A DNA stretch of 53,194 nucleotides, the filler included, from Sluysia triapertura (lineage: Eukaryota): assembly GCA_046118255.1 (NCBI GenBank). It is 4 parts of 4 records of this genome, joined end to end, with 100 filler letters (N's around TTAATTAATTAA, not from the genome) between each part and the next. Parts side by side here need not be neighbours in the genome. Positions count along the whole stretch, not along the records: positions 39,710 to 53,194 come from JBJNIA010037814.1; 3 more parts are not named here. One strand, given 5' to 3'. Position numbers and translations under genes: made by a program. This document shows positions 53,151 to 53,194 of the stretch, in pieces. The first letter of the stretch is position 1, and each line of letters starts with the position of its first letter. Under the pieces are notes generated by a model. The model made no database searches. It saw nothing but the letters and a program-made list of their open reading frames with translations, and had not been told where the DNA came from.

Positions 53151-53194
53151 TGTTTGGTATTAGAATTAACTTGCGTTAGTTACAGAGGTGCCAA

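Overview
This is very AT-rich eukaryotic (animal-type) genomic DNA with GT-AG spliceosomal introns, not prokaryotic DNA. The window is four sequence segments joined by artificial 100-bp linkers (N44-TTAATTAATTAA-N44), so adjacency across linkers is not reliable. Recognisable host genes: (1) the 5' part of mitochondrial aconitase ACO2 (+, 23131-24122, two exons separated by a 32-nt intron, cut off by a linker); (2) an 8-exon, ~604-aa ZMYM/woc-family gene (-, 37607-28011) with an AT-hook, the NKxTMCRP and PVPVPIYIP motifs and a Crypton-derived DUF3504 domain, but no visible MYM zinc fingers; (3) the last exon of a divergent synaptotagmin-like C2B protein (-, 46989-46667); (4) an apparently intronless, stop-disrupted Diaphanous-type formin GBD/FH3 pseudogene (+, 41379-42456). 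Two orphan coding-like regions are also present (19.7-21.3 kb and 38.8-39.6 kb). The rest is mostly decayed mobile DNA: a Ty3/gypsy pol, several L2-clade LINE fragments, hAT, pogo-like, piggyBac-like and Harbinger-like MITEs, a tRNA-derived element and possible Penelope relics. I found no convincing new multi-gene system. The best leads are the zinc-finger-less ZMYM, the formin relic and the orphan ORFs. Family assignments come from motifs recognised by eye; no database search was run, and repeat boundaries are approximate unless a TSD defines them.
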